Assembly (NCBI GenBank): GCA_963793305.1
Contig: CAWBZV010000003.1
Span: forward strand, 448,001-512,000
Length of the DNA stretch: 64,000 nt
Origin: an uncultured Gemmatimonadales bacterium
GTDB lineage: Bacteria; Gemmatimonadota; Gemmatimonadetes; Gemmatimonadales; Gemmatimonadaceae
Reading direction: 5' to 3'
Part shown: positions 53,307 to 62,484 of the stretch, piece by piece
Position numbering within the stretch: the first letter of the stretch is position 1
Layout of the letters: every line of letters begins with the position of its first letter
The notes under the pieces: generated by a model
Database searches by the model: none
Seen by the model: the letters and a program-made list of their open reading frames with translations, nothing else
Told to the model about the DNA's origin: nothing
Program-made: the position numbers and the translations under genes

Positions 53307-54455
53307 ATGGGCGAGCTAGCGACCTTTGCGGACTCTTGTGAGGTATTCTTTGCCCAGGCGCAGCTGGGAGAGCGAGCCTCGGGGCGGCTAAGCGCTATTC
53401 GTTGCGATCCAAACAATCCGATACTCATCCATGAGCTCGCCGGCGCGGCCTGGCTCAATGGGCGACCAGATCTGTGGTTGCAGGGCACGGCACTGGCTCT
53501 GCAATTGCCGCACGAGACACCTCAATCACTATTCGTACGCGCCTGCGCAAAACTACGGCTTGGTAATTGGTCTGGATGGCGAGATTACGAAGCGCGGCAT
53601 ATCGGGCCCGGCACCGTGACGTCGGAGTCGGCATATGCACGGGCCTTGGCCTGGACAGCTGTGACGTGTGAGAGTGTCGCCGATCTTCGCGACAAGACAC
53701 TGCTCGTGATTGAAGAGGGCGGATTCGGCGACAGCATTCAATCGATGTGTTTTGTTCCTGCGCTCGTCGCCGCCGCCGAGCGCGTCATCCTGATGGTCAA
53801 GCCGGAGTTGGTCACGTTTTTCGAGCACAATTTCGGAAGCGTGGCCGTGATCGCATCGTCCGAGCATCCCCGCTATGATGGCTTCGATGAGTACATCTGG
53901 AGCTCATCGGTACCGACATTGTTCGAGGAGATTCCGCCATTCGAACGGCTGACCGCTCCCAACCCTCGGCGACGATCTCGTGCCGGGACTGAGCCGTCGC
54001 GCGTGGGGATCTGTTGGGCGGCTCGGGTGTGTGAGCCACATGTGGCCATTCGCCGCTCGATTACCGCGCTCGAAGTGCTGAAGCCACTCTTCGCGCGTAC
54101 CGACATCGTTTGGCAGAGTCTTCAGATCGGTCCGCGCGCCAGCGACATAGCGACGTATCCAGCTGTGCAGGGCGCGGATCCGTCGATAACGACGTTCGCC
54201 GACCTGGCGAATCTGGTATCGGAATTGGATTGCGTCGTGAGCGTCGACACAGCGGTTGCCCATCTCGCGGGAAGGCTCGGTGTCCCGATCTATCTATTGC
54301 TTCCCTACGCAGCAGATTGGCAATGGGGGCTCCATGACACCACGCCATGGTACCCATCGATGCACCTTGTTCGCCAGCAAAGACTCGGCGACTGGGAGAG
54401 CGCGATCGACCTGCTGTTGCGAGAGCTCAGCGGCCGAGGGGTCGCCGTTGGCTGA
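53307..54455 (+). CDS. GT9-like protein, paralog 3
   Basis: AKLRLGNWSGW, EEGGFGDSIQ, LDCVVSVDTAVAHLAG, TPWYPSMHLVRQ; ORF open from 53178. Confidence 0.85.
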   Translation: MGELATFADSCEVFFAQAQLGERASGRLSAIRCDPNNPILIHELAGAAWLNGRPDLWLQGTALALQLPHETPQSLFVRACAKLRLGNWSGWRDYEARHIGPGTVTSESAYARALAWTAVTCESVADLRDKTLLVIEEGGFGDSIQSMCFVPALVAAAERVILMVKPELVTFFEHNFGSVAVIASSEHPRYDGFDEYIWSSSVPTLFEEIPPFERLTAPNPRRRSRAGTEPSRVGICWAARVCEPHVAIRRSITALEVLKPLFARTDIVWQSLQIGPRASDIATYPAVQGADPSITTFADLANLVSELDCVVSVDTAVAHLAGRLGVPIYLLLPYAADWQWGLHDTTPWYPSMHLVRQQRLGDWESAIDLLLRELSGRGVAVG

Positions 54456-55461
54456 TTCGCCGGCTCCGTGCCTCGAGTACCTGGCCGGAATCGACGCGGA
54501 TCACGTGGCGATTGGGGCCGCTATTGCTCGCGCGCCTCTCGATCCATTGCCCGTGTACGACGTGGCGGACTTGTGCCGAAGTCACGGACGTATTGATCTG
54601 TGGGAACGAGCGGTCAACTGGGCGACTGAGCTGCCCCACGATTCTCGCAAGCAGATCCACCGTCGTGGCGCCATGAAGCTCCTCAGAGAGGATTGGTCGG
54701 GTTGGCTCGACTTGGAATCGAGAATCTACGATCCCGCCGCTGGTTATCTCGATACGGAGTTTGTGCGCCACCTCCGATACGAGACGCTGTTCTGGAACGG
54801 CCGCGACGATCTTGCTGGGCGGACGATCCTCGTGATCGCGGACGGAAGCCTTGGCGACTGCCTGCAAATGTTGCGATATGTGCCATTGGTCGCGCGCCGA
54901 GCGGGGCGAGTGATCCTGAGCGTGAGGCCCGAGGCCGCCCGCTTTGTCCGTGAGGTCGTCGGATCGGCGGTGACTATGATGCTCCACGGGGCCAGTCCAG
55001 ACATTGCTTATGACTACTATGTATGGTTGATGTCATTGCCAGCCCTGCTCGACACGCTCCCGCCACCTCTGCCTGTGCCGTTCCATACAACCCCAATTTC
55101 CTGCACGTATGGAGTGTATTGGACGAGCGATCTGTCTTATGAAGGTGTGCGATGGCTCAACCTGCGTGAGCCGGCGGCACCACTGGTCACTCTTTTCGAG
55201 GCGGCGAAGGTGGTGACGACGCTCAGTGGGATCGTGACCATCGATACGACGGTGGCGCACCTCGCCGGAACGCTTGGTGTACCCACATGGTTGCTGCTGG
55301 AGACGCTTGCCGATGCCCGTTGGGGACTCGGCCAGACGACGCCCTGGTATCCTTGCATGCGAATAATCCGTCAGCAGACTCGAGGCGAGTGGACTTCCGT
55401 CATTGCCGAACTACGAGCATCGATAGACGCCAGCCTCGCTTCGCCTTCGCAGTGCGCGTAG
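54448..55461 (+). CDS. GT9-like protein, paralog 4
   Basis: TTG start after GAGGGG; EDWSGW, DGSLGDCLQMLRY, TIDTTVAHLAG, TPWYPCMRIIRQ. Confidence 0.85.
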   Translation: MADSPAPCLEYLAGIDADHVAIGAAIARAPLDPLPVYDVADLCRSHGRIDLWERAVNWATELPHDSRKQIHRRGAMKLLREDWSGWLDLESRIYDPAAGYLDTEFVRHLRYETLFWNGRDDLAGRTILVIADGSLGDCLQMLRYVPLVARRAGRVILSVRPEAARFVREVVGSAVTMMLHGASPDIAYDYYVWLMSLPALLDTLPPPLPVPFHTTPISCTYGVYWTSDLSYEGVRWLNLREPAAPLVTLFEAAKVVTTLSGIVTIDTTVAHLAGTLGVPTWLLLETLADARWGLGQTTPWYPCMRIIRQQTRGEWTSVIAELRASIDASLASPSQCA

Positions 55462-55523
55462 CGGCGCCCACTCGCCCATCGAGTCCCTGTTCCCGCACGG
55501 GCTAAGGCGATCGATTGCAGCCA

Positions 55524-56648
55524 ATGGCGTCCATAAGTCTGATCGCTGATCTCCTCAGAACCTGTGCCGATCGACTGCCGGCGGATAGCGAGCCGGATTT
55601 CGAGGAGGTGCGCTCCTCGATGGTCGCGAAATCCAACCTGCTGGCGCTCTATCGCCTCGCGGCGTTGTGTCGCAAACACGGTTATCTCGACCTGTGGCAT
55701 CTCGTCACCAGAAGTGCCCTCGCCATGCCGCATCACGCGTTCGAGCATCTGTACCATCGCGGCAACGCGAAGCTTCTGCTCGATGATTGGTCTGGTTGGG
55801 TCGATCGAGAAGTCCGAGTCCATGATCCCGCGGCTGGATACTTGGCATCCGAATACGTGCGCCAGATCCGCTACAAAACGATCGAATGGGATGGCCAAGA
55901 AATCATCGCAGACAAGACCATCTTGATTCTGGCTGACGGTGATTGTGGTGACTGCATTCAAATGCTCCGTTTCATACCACCACTGGTCGAGCGTTGCCGT
56001 GGTGTCATACTGAGCGTGCGGCCCGAGATGGCCTCATTGGTCAAGCATAACGTTGGCCATCTTGCCTCCATCACGTTCCATGGCATCGACTGCGGCCCTT
56101 TCGAGCGATATGCGTGGTTGATGTCACTGCCCGCTTTGTTCGGCTGTCTGCCGGTATTCACGCCAATGACAGCGCTCAGGCCCAGGACGAGGGCGACGAA
56201 TGCTCGTTACCCCGTCGACATTGGTGTGTGTTGGTCCGAGGGCGGTGATCGCTCAATCGCGCTCGATGAACTTGCGCCACTCTTCGGGCGTCGCGATTGG
56301 CGATGGCATAGCCTTCAACTGGCAGGCGCTGGTGAAGGCGATGGCGACTCCTTTCGCGGGTGTCCGGCGATTCGCCTGCGCACTCTCGCCGATGCCGCGA
56401 ACTACGTGATGGGACTGGACTGTGTCGTGAGTGTCGACGCGGCAGTCGCGCACCTCGCCGGCGCGCTGGGCCTGCCGACGTTGACATTGCTGCGCTCGTC
56501 GGCAGATGCGCGATGGGGGTTGAACGATACCACGCCGTGGTATCCGTCCATGCGGCTGATTCGTCAACGCGCCGCAGGGGATTGGCGAAGCGCCATCCAG
56601 GCACTGGGCGCCGGTATCGAGGCGATCGCGGTCGACCTCGCCGCCTAA
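55524..56648 (+). CDS. GT9-like protein, paralog 5
   Basis: DDWSGW, DGDCGDCIQMLRF, SVDAAVAHLAGALG, TPWYPSMRLIRQ. Confidence 0.85.
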   Translation: MASISLIADLLRTCADRLPADSEPDFEEVRSSMVAKSNLLALYRLAALCRKHGYLDLWHLVTRSALAMPHHAFEHLYHRGNAKLLLDDWSGWVDREVRVHDPAAGYLASEYVRQIRYKTIEWDGQEIIADKTILILADGDCGDCIQMLRFIPPLVERCRGVILSVRPEMASLVKHNVGHLASITFHGIDCGPFERYAWLMSLPALFGCLPVFTPMTALRPRTRATNARYPVDIGVCWSEGGDRSIALDELAPLFGRRDWRWHSLQLAGAGEGDGDSFRGCPAIRLRTLADAANYVMGLDCVVSVDAAVAHLAGALGLPTLTLLRSSADARWGLNDTTPWYPSMRLIRQRAAGDWRSAIQALGAGIEAIAVDLAA

Positions 56649-57787
56649 TGGGTATGCCATCCTCCGCTGGGGTCGTGGAATGGGTCGATGCATGCCGACA
56701 CACTTTCGCCGATCGCGCCGAGGCCTACCGAGTCGCGTTGTACGCGTCACTCGTGGATCCTCAGGGCGATACGCCAATACCTCTGTACCGCCTCGCGAAA
56801 GCCTGCCTGGATAGTGGAGAGTGGTTGCTGTGGCACCAGGGAGTCATGTTCGCGTTCACCCTTGAACACCGAACGGCTCAATCACTCTGCGAGCGAGCGC
56901 TCGCCAAGCTCAGGTTAGGCGACTGGTCCGCATGGCGCGACTATGAGGCTCATGCAAAAAGCCCCGCCTTCAGCGTCGCCCACGCAACGTGGCTTCGCTG
57001 GCGGTACCCGCTATGGGACGGTACCCAGGATATTCGGGATCAAACACTCCTCGTCCAACGGATGGGCGGCTATGGCAATGTGATCTGGTCGCTGCGGTTC
57101 ATTCCACCCATTGCAACACGCGTTCGCCGGCTCATCTGGGATACCAGTCCGGCGCTCATGGATTTTGTGCGATACAACATGAGCCATCTGGCCGCGGTGG
57201 AATCAGTCGATCGCGACCCGCCCGACTTGGACTTCGATTGGCATGTCTGGTGTATGTCGCTTCCGCACGTCAACGGCGGGATACCGCCGTTCGTTCCGCT
57301 CACGGCTCCAGATCCAATCCAATGGCCTCGCTCCCCTGAAAGGCGACTGCGAGTTGGTCTGTGCTGGGCATGCAGCGACGAGGCGCTCGATCAACTGGAG
57401 CGGTCCATTGCATTGAGTTTCTTGGCGCCGCTTTTTTGGCATCCGGGCGTGGAGTGGTACAACCTGCAGGTCGGATCGAGAGCGCACGATAGCGACTACT
57501 ATCCAGGCGTCAAGCAACCACCATTTCCGCTCCGCACATTTGTCGACACCGCGAATTTGCTGGTCGGGTTGGATTGCGTCATCTCGGTGGACACGGCTAT
57601 CTGTCATCTAGCGGGGAGTCTCGGCGTGCCAACGCTGACACTACTCCGCTGTACCGCTGATGCGAAGTGGGGGCATCTCGACACGACGCCTCTCTATCCC
57701 TCCATGCGCTTGATTCGTCAACGGACTCCGGGCGATTGGCTCGGGGTGGCCGAGACCGTGCGTGAGGAACTCAATGCCCGTCTCTGA
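56648..57787 (+). CDS. GT9-like protein, paralog 6 (GD motif altered to GN)
   Basis: TAATG coupling; LGDWSAW, GGYGNVIWSLRF, SVDTAICHLAG, TPLYPSMRLIRQ. Confidence 0.85.
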   Translation: MGMPSSAGVVEWVDACRHTFADRAEAYRVALYASLVDPQGDTPIPLYRLAKACLDSGEWLLWHQGVMFAFTLEHRTAQSLCERALAKLRLGDWSAWRDYEAHAKSPAFSVAHATWLRWRYPLWDGTQDIRDQTLLVQRMGGYGNVIWSLRFIPPIATRVRRLIWDTSPALMDFVRYNMSHLAAVESVDRDPPDLDFDWHVWCMSLPHVNGGIPPFVPLTAPDPIQWPRSPERRLRVGLCWACSDEALDQLERSIALSFLAPLFWHPGVEWYNLQVGSRAHDSDYYPGVKQPPFPLRTFVDTANLLVGLDCVISVDTAICHLAGSLGVPTLTLLRCTADAKWGHLDTTPLYPSMRLIRQRTPGDWLGVAETVREELNARL

Positions 57788-58697
57788 TCCGTACCGACTC
57801 TATCAAGTCGCCGAATCGCATCGAGAGTGCGGCGATGAGGAAAGTTGGAAAGAGATCGTGATGGACGCCTTTCAGCTCCCTCATCGGACCAAGCAACAAC
57901 TCTTCTATCGAGGCCAAGCGAAGATCGCGCTCGGTGATTGGTCTGGTTGGGTCGACCGCGAGGCGCGACTGTTCAACCCCGACGAACAATTGTGGCGTTG
58001 CTCGTACTGGCGCCAGGTACGGGCGAAGACGAAGGCTTGGGATGGCAAAGAGGATATCCGGGACAAGGCACTGTTCGTCATCGCCGATGGAGATGATGGC
58101 GATTGTCTGCAAATGCTCCGATTCATTCCGGATCTCACCGCGAAGGTCGACACGCTCATCCTCGGTGTCAGTCCTGCACTGCTGTCACTCGTGAAGCACT
58201 TTTTCGCCTCAAAGGTGACGGTGACGTTTCGAGAGGTCGATCACGGGCTGCCGTTCCAGCGGTATACATGGATCATGTCGTTACCAGCGCTCTGCGGCGC
58301 ACTTCCGCCGATCGTGCCATTCACCGCGCCCAGACCGCAATCGCCCCCTCGCCTGGCAGATGGGCGTTTTCACGTCGGCCTGTGGACAGCGCCAGAATCT
58401 GTTCCTCCTGCGACACTCGCCGGCATAACAAGCGCACTGGCACGTGACGACATCCAATGGCACGACCTGCGACTGGGCACCGGCGCCATCCGAACGTATG
58501 CTGATGCCGCGAACGTTATCGTGGGCCTGGACTACGTGGTGAGTATCGACTCGCCAATTGCCCATCTCGCGGGTTTGCTCGCGGTGCCGACGCTCGTGTT
58601 TCTCAGCTGCCGAGCTGATCTCCGGTGGGGATTGACCGAGACAACGCCATGGTATCCCTCGATGCACATCACCCGACACTTTGGAGACTCCGTATGA
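57774..58697 (+). CDS. GT9-like protein, paralog 7 (short C-terminus)
   Basis: GAGGA RBS; LGDWSGW, DGDDGDCLQMLRF, SIDSPIAHLAG, TPWYPSMH. Confidence 0.85.
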   Translation: MPVSDPYRLYQVAESHRECGDEESWKEIVMDAFQLPHRTKQQLFYRGQAKIALGDWSGWVDREARLFNPDEQLWRCSYWRQVRAKTKAWDGKEDIRDKALFVIADGDDGDCLQMLRFIPDLTAKVDTLILGVSPALLSLVKHFFASKVTVTFREVDHGLPFQRYTWIMSLPALCGALPPIVPFTAPRPQSPPRLADGRFHVGLWTAPESVPPATLAGITSALARDDIQWHDLRLGTGAIRTYADAANVIVGLDYVVSIDSPIAHLAGLLAVPTLVFLSCRADLRWGLTETTPWYPSMHITRHFGDSV

Positions 58698-58822
58698 CAA
58701 CCGCGTATCGAAAGCCGACGATCCTCTGCCTTGGCGCCGCCGAGGTCTTGACTCGTGGAGGGTTCGGAAACAGGCCCGAACTCCGCACAGGTCCAACTAG
58801 CATCTCCCTGCTCGATCTCTGA
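58694..58822 (+). CDS. Lasso peptide precursor (42 aa)
   Basis: MTTAYRKPTILCLGAAEVLTR|GGFGNRPELRTGPTSISLLDL: YxxPx(I/L) leader motif, G..LT with Thr at -2, core Gly1 and Glu8; GGAGA RBS; ATGA-coupled. Confidence 0.88.
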   Translation: MTTAYRKPTILCLGAAEVLTRGGFGNRPELRTGPTSISLLDL

Positions 58823-58831
58823 GGCAGGTAC

Positions 58832-59992
58832 ATGCCATCGAGCGAACAGCTCCTCGATGAGTGTATTCGTCGGTTGAGTCCAAGCAATGCGGCGGCGCTA
58901 CTGCCACGGTTCCGATCGGCATTCGAGCGGTATCCCATCGCGCCGCCGCTCCTGTATAGCATCGCGACCCTGTGCCTGCAGTTCGGATACGAGGAGTTGT
59001 GGGAGCACTACGATCGTCTCGCCTTTGCCCTGCCTCACGCCACCAACGAGGATTTTTATTTTCGATCCGTGGCGAAGCTTCGTCGGAGCGACTGGTCCGG
59101 GTGGTTGGACCGAGAAGCCAGGCTCATCAGCCCGCATGAAGCGCCGATCTGGTACCCGCACTTCCTCGAAATGCAATGGACGACGCGCGCCTGGGACGGT
59201 GTAGAACCGATTCAGGATAAAACACTGTTGGCGATCGCCAATGGCGGGTTCGGCGACTGCTTGCAGATGATACGGTATATGCCGCGTCTGGCGGCAATAG
59301 CTGGTTCGCTCATCATCGCGGTGCGGCCGCAAATCCTCTCGTTGGTCGAGCACAATTTCGGGCGGATCGCCACGGTCGTGTCGACAGAGCGCTTACCATT
59401 GATACCCTTTCAGCGGTACGTGTGGATGATGTCCCTTCCCGCATTGATCGGATCCATACCGGCCTTCGACGCGCTCAGGACTCCCAGCGCGACTCCGGCC
59501 GCTCCGCGTGAGGGCCGGTTGCGAGTCGGTCTCAATTGGGCCGGCACTTCACATCATCCGAACGATCGCGACGACAACCTCCGCTCCATCACACTCGACG
59601 ACCTCTCACCGCTGCTGGAGCTCGAGTGGGTCACATGGTATAGCGTGCAAGTTGGGCGGTGGGCCTCCGACGCCGATCACAATGCCCGCATCGTGCAACC
59701 CTCGACGCCGATCCGAAGTTTTGAAGATTCCGCCAATCTCGTCGCTGCTCTAGACTGCGTCGTGACGATCGACACGGCGGTTGCGCATTTGGCCGGCAGC
59801 CTCAATGTACCAACGTTAGTACTCCTGACATGGCTGCCGGAATTTCGCTGGGGTCTCGTCAGCGAGCGTACGCCATGGTACCCAAGCCTTCTGTTGATCC
59901 GACAAACGTCGCCCGGCGACTGGCCTGGCGTGTTCGATCGAACCTTCCAGCATCTGCGGGCGCTTTATACCGGGGCAGCTGCTTCAGCGTAA
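58832..59992 (+). CDS. GT9-like protein, paralog 8
   Basis: SDWSGW, NGGFGDCLQMIRY, VGLNWAG, TIDTAVAHLAG, TPWYPSLLLIRQ..GDW. Confidence 0.85.
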   Translation: MPSSEQLLDECIRRLSPSNAAALLPRFRSAFERYPIAPPLLYSIATLCLQFGYEELWEHYDRLAFALPHATNEDFYFRSVAKLRRSDWSGWLDREARLISPHEAPIWYPHFLEMQWTTRAWDGVEPIQDKTLLAIANGGFGDCLQMIRYMPRLAAIAGSLIIAVRPQILSLVEHNFGRIATVVSTERLPLIPFQRYVWMMSLPALIGSIPAFDALRTPSATPAAPREGRLRVGLNWAGTSHHPNDRDDNLRSITLDDLSPLLELEWVTWYSVQVGRWASDADHNARIVQPSTPIRSFEDSANLVAALDCVVTIDTAVAHLAGSLNVPTLVLLTWLPEFRWGLVSERTPWYPSLLLIRQTSPGDWPGVFDRTFQHLRALYTGAAASA

Positions 59993-61105
59993 GTCTCATC
60001 GAGCAGCGTATTCACCTGAGCGATCGAGCTCGACCAGTCGCCTGGTGCGCATTGCCGAATGAGCCGCATCGCGGGATACCACGGCGTGACGTCCCCTAGT
60101 CCCCACCGCCAGTGGGAATCGTATTGCAAGAGCAGCCATGTTGGAACGCCGAGATTCCCCGCCAGAATGACACACTGAGGTGTCCACGCTGACCACGTAG
60201 TCCAGTTCCGTGATCAGGTCCGCCGTGTCGCCGTAAGTGACGAGTGGCGGATCAGGATTGATCAATGCGGGGTAATCGTTGGCGTCCGCGACGCGATCGC
60301 CGACTTGGAGGCTGTACCATTCCACGTCATCTCGTGCGAGCAACGGCACCGTCTCGGCGATAGGCATTGACCGATCTGGATCCTGCGTGAAGTCGGGACT
60401 GCCGGCCCAGCAGACGCCGGCCCGGATGGGTCGCGTCCGTGGCGGCATTTTGGGACGCCGTCGTGGTGCGGCAAGCGCGGTGAAATCGGGAAGCCGGCCG
60501 AACGTACCTGGCAGCGACATGCTCCACACATACCGGTCGAACGGTATCGTGGGTTTGATCCCATCCAGCCATATTTTGGCGAGTGAGCCGAAGTTGAATC
60601 GAGCGAGAGGGGCCAATCGCGGATACACCATCATGAAGACGGCGCTGGCTATTTCGGTCAACGGCGGAATGAATCGCCACATCTGGAGGCAATCGCCGTA
60701 TCCCTGCTCCGGCAGCACCAGGATAGACTTGTCCGCGAGATCCTCCTTGCCGTCCCACATGCAATGCTTCCAGCAGATATCTCGATATTTGTCCAGATCT
60801 TCGATGGTGTCCGGCGCCCCCAGGCGCGCGCTGTACTCAGCCCATCCGTTCCACTCGCCGCGCTCGATCTTGGCCAGGGCGCGCGCGTAGGTCTGTTGTG
60901 GTGTCACGTGGGGTAGCGCCAGCGCGAGATCGACCTGGTGCTGCCAATCGGGATCGCCTCGCCGTCGAAGCGTGAACGCGAGGAGATAGCGCGGCATGGG
61001 GTTGGCCGGCTGCTGCTCGGCGACGGTTGTCAATTCTTCCGCCGTATAAATGGTGCGGGGGCAACGTCGGTGTGTCGGCACCGGTTCGGAGGTCGGCGCC
61101 GTCAT
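59965..61105 (-). CDS. GT9-like protein, paralog 9 (frameshift near 60165)
   Basis: GEWNGW, EQGYGDCLQMWRF, GVCWAGSP, SVDTSVCH; shifted frame LAGNLGVPTW...WRWG...TPWYPAMRLIRQ..GDW. Confidence 0.85.
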
Positions 61106-61449
61106 GGTTCGGCGTGACCAGAGGCGACGTTGGGCTCGGTTTCCAGCAATCCGTATTCGCTGAGCGCGGTGACGATCGTCAACACATCGCGTTGCACTTG
61201 CCCCGGCGCGACATCCACGGGCATGGCGTATTCGGCTTCGATCGTCGCGACGATTGATCGTATCGTCGCGCCGCCTTCCAGCAATTCCCAAATGCGGCTG
61301 CCAATGTCATTGAGCCGGTAATTTGCGTGAGTTTGAAGATTGTGAACCACGGTATCGGTATCACCTGGCGCGGCCACCGCATATGCGGAAACCGTGACAC
61401 CGCTGTTGATATCGAGTCGTGCGCGTGTCGTACCTTCAAGCTCGCTCAT
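61102..61449 (-). CDS. PqqD/RRE protein 3
   Basis: YRLNDIGSRIWELL...IVATIEAEY...DVLTIVTALSEYGLL; close paralog of 51776-52126. Confidence 0.85.
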   Translation of the reverse strand: MSELEGTTRARLDINSGVTVSAYAVAAPGDTDTVVHNLQTHANYRLNDIGSRIWELLEGGATIRSIVATIEAEYAMPVDVAPGQVQRDVLTIVTALSEYGLLETEPNVASGHAEP

Positions 61450-61787
61450 GGTCGCGTCCTCGATGCCCGGGTGTGCGAATTGGTGCTCGGCATTCACGCG
61501 ACAGATTCTAAGAGTCACGGGCGAGACGCCTGAACCCCGCCCACAGGCGAATCACTTCCGCCGCTGGCGGATTCGGTGATCGACGCATTGGCGTGTGCCC
61601 CACCTGCCCGGCATCGCAGTCATTTGCTGATTCCAGCACGTCAGTGTTACGCGACGACGTATCACACTGATGGCACGCGACATAGGCGCTGCATCCGCCG
61701 CATATCTCAGCAACCCGCCTTCCAAGCGCTGGGTCTCGTGTTCCAGGCCCCGTAGAGTGTTTCTGCGTACACACGCGGAGTCGCCCA

Positions 61788-62099
61788 GTGTTGTTCACCC
61801 AGCGACCCCAACCAGTGTCTCCGACGGACGCGCGGCGATATCGCGCGATCCCTGGAGTGCTGTCGGGGTGCTTTGAGGAAGAAACCTTCCTGTTGAGTCT
61901 CGCGACAGGTCGGTACTACAAGCTCGACAACGTCGGAACTGAGGTGTGGCAGCTGCTGCGCCAACCGAAGGCGTTTCCCGACATCGTGAGCGACTTGGGG
62001 CAGGTCTATGACATCGCTCCGTCGACGCTAGCGGCGGATGTCGCTGAGCTCATGAACCGCCTCCTTGGCTACAGGGTCATCGAGGTCATCAACTCATGA
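61788..62099 (+). CDS. Lasso peptide B1 (PqqD/RRE) protein
   Basis: LLSLATGRYYKLDNVGTEVWQLL...YDI...LAADV; coupled to B2. Confidence 0.88.
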   Translation: MLFTQRPQPVSPTDARRYRAIPGVLSGCFEEETFLLSLATGRYYKLDNVGTEVWQLLRQPKAFPDIVSDLGQVYDIAPSTLAADVAELMNRLLGYRVIEVINS

Positions 62100-62479
62100 C
62101 ACTACCGAGTGTGATGCACTGTTTCGGACGAATGCTGGCCATAAAAGTGTCGCTCAAAACTCGCGGCTTGGGCGCGACGCTCTCGCGGTACTGCCAATCG
62201 CCGACGGACGTTCGTCGCGACGACTCGATCAGCGATGACCTCGTCGACCAAGTGGCGTTTCAGGTCGCCGGCGCCGCCGCGCTGTTTCCGGGGCGCGCCC
62301 TCTGTCTCGAGCAAACGCTCGTACTGCATGGAGAGTTGCTGCGCATCGGTGTCGACTCTCGGATCCGGTTCGCTGTCACGCCGTATCCATTCAAAGCGCA
62401 CGCGTGGATCGAAGTGCGAGGTCGTCCGATCAATGAGAATCTGCATTGGCTCAGCCAGATGACACTTCTCGAGACTTAA
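62096..62479 (+). CDS. Lasso peptide B2 leader peptidase (transglutaminase-like)
   Basis: ALCLEQ (Cys), PFKAHAWIE (His). Confidence 0.92.
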   Translation: MTLPSVMHCFGRMLAIKVSLKTRGLGATLSRYCQSPTDVRRDDSISDDLVDQVAFQVAGAAALFPGRALCLEQTLVLHGELLRIGVDSRIRFAVTPYPFKAHAWIEVRGRPINENLHWLSQMTLLET

Positions 62480-62484
62480 TCACC

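Noticed and set aside
1130..60200. Many frameshifted genes as pseudogenes or programmed frameshifts
   Set aside because: Single-base indels hit unrelated conserved genes (mutS, cbs, queF, pheA, ABC transporter) while motifs stay intact on both sides; this fits long-read errors better than decay or recoding
53307..61105. Ordinary LPS core heptosyltransferase (waa) locus
   Set aside because: No other LPS or nucleotide-sugar synthesis genes nearby; the proteins have an extra N-domain and are interleaved with RiPP genes
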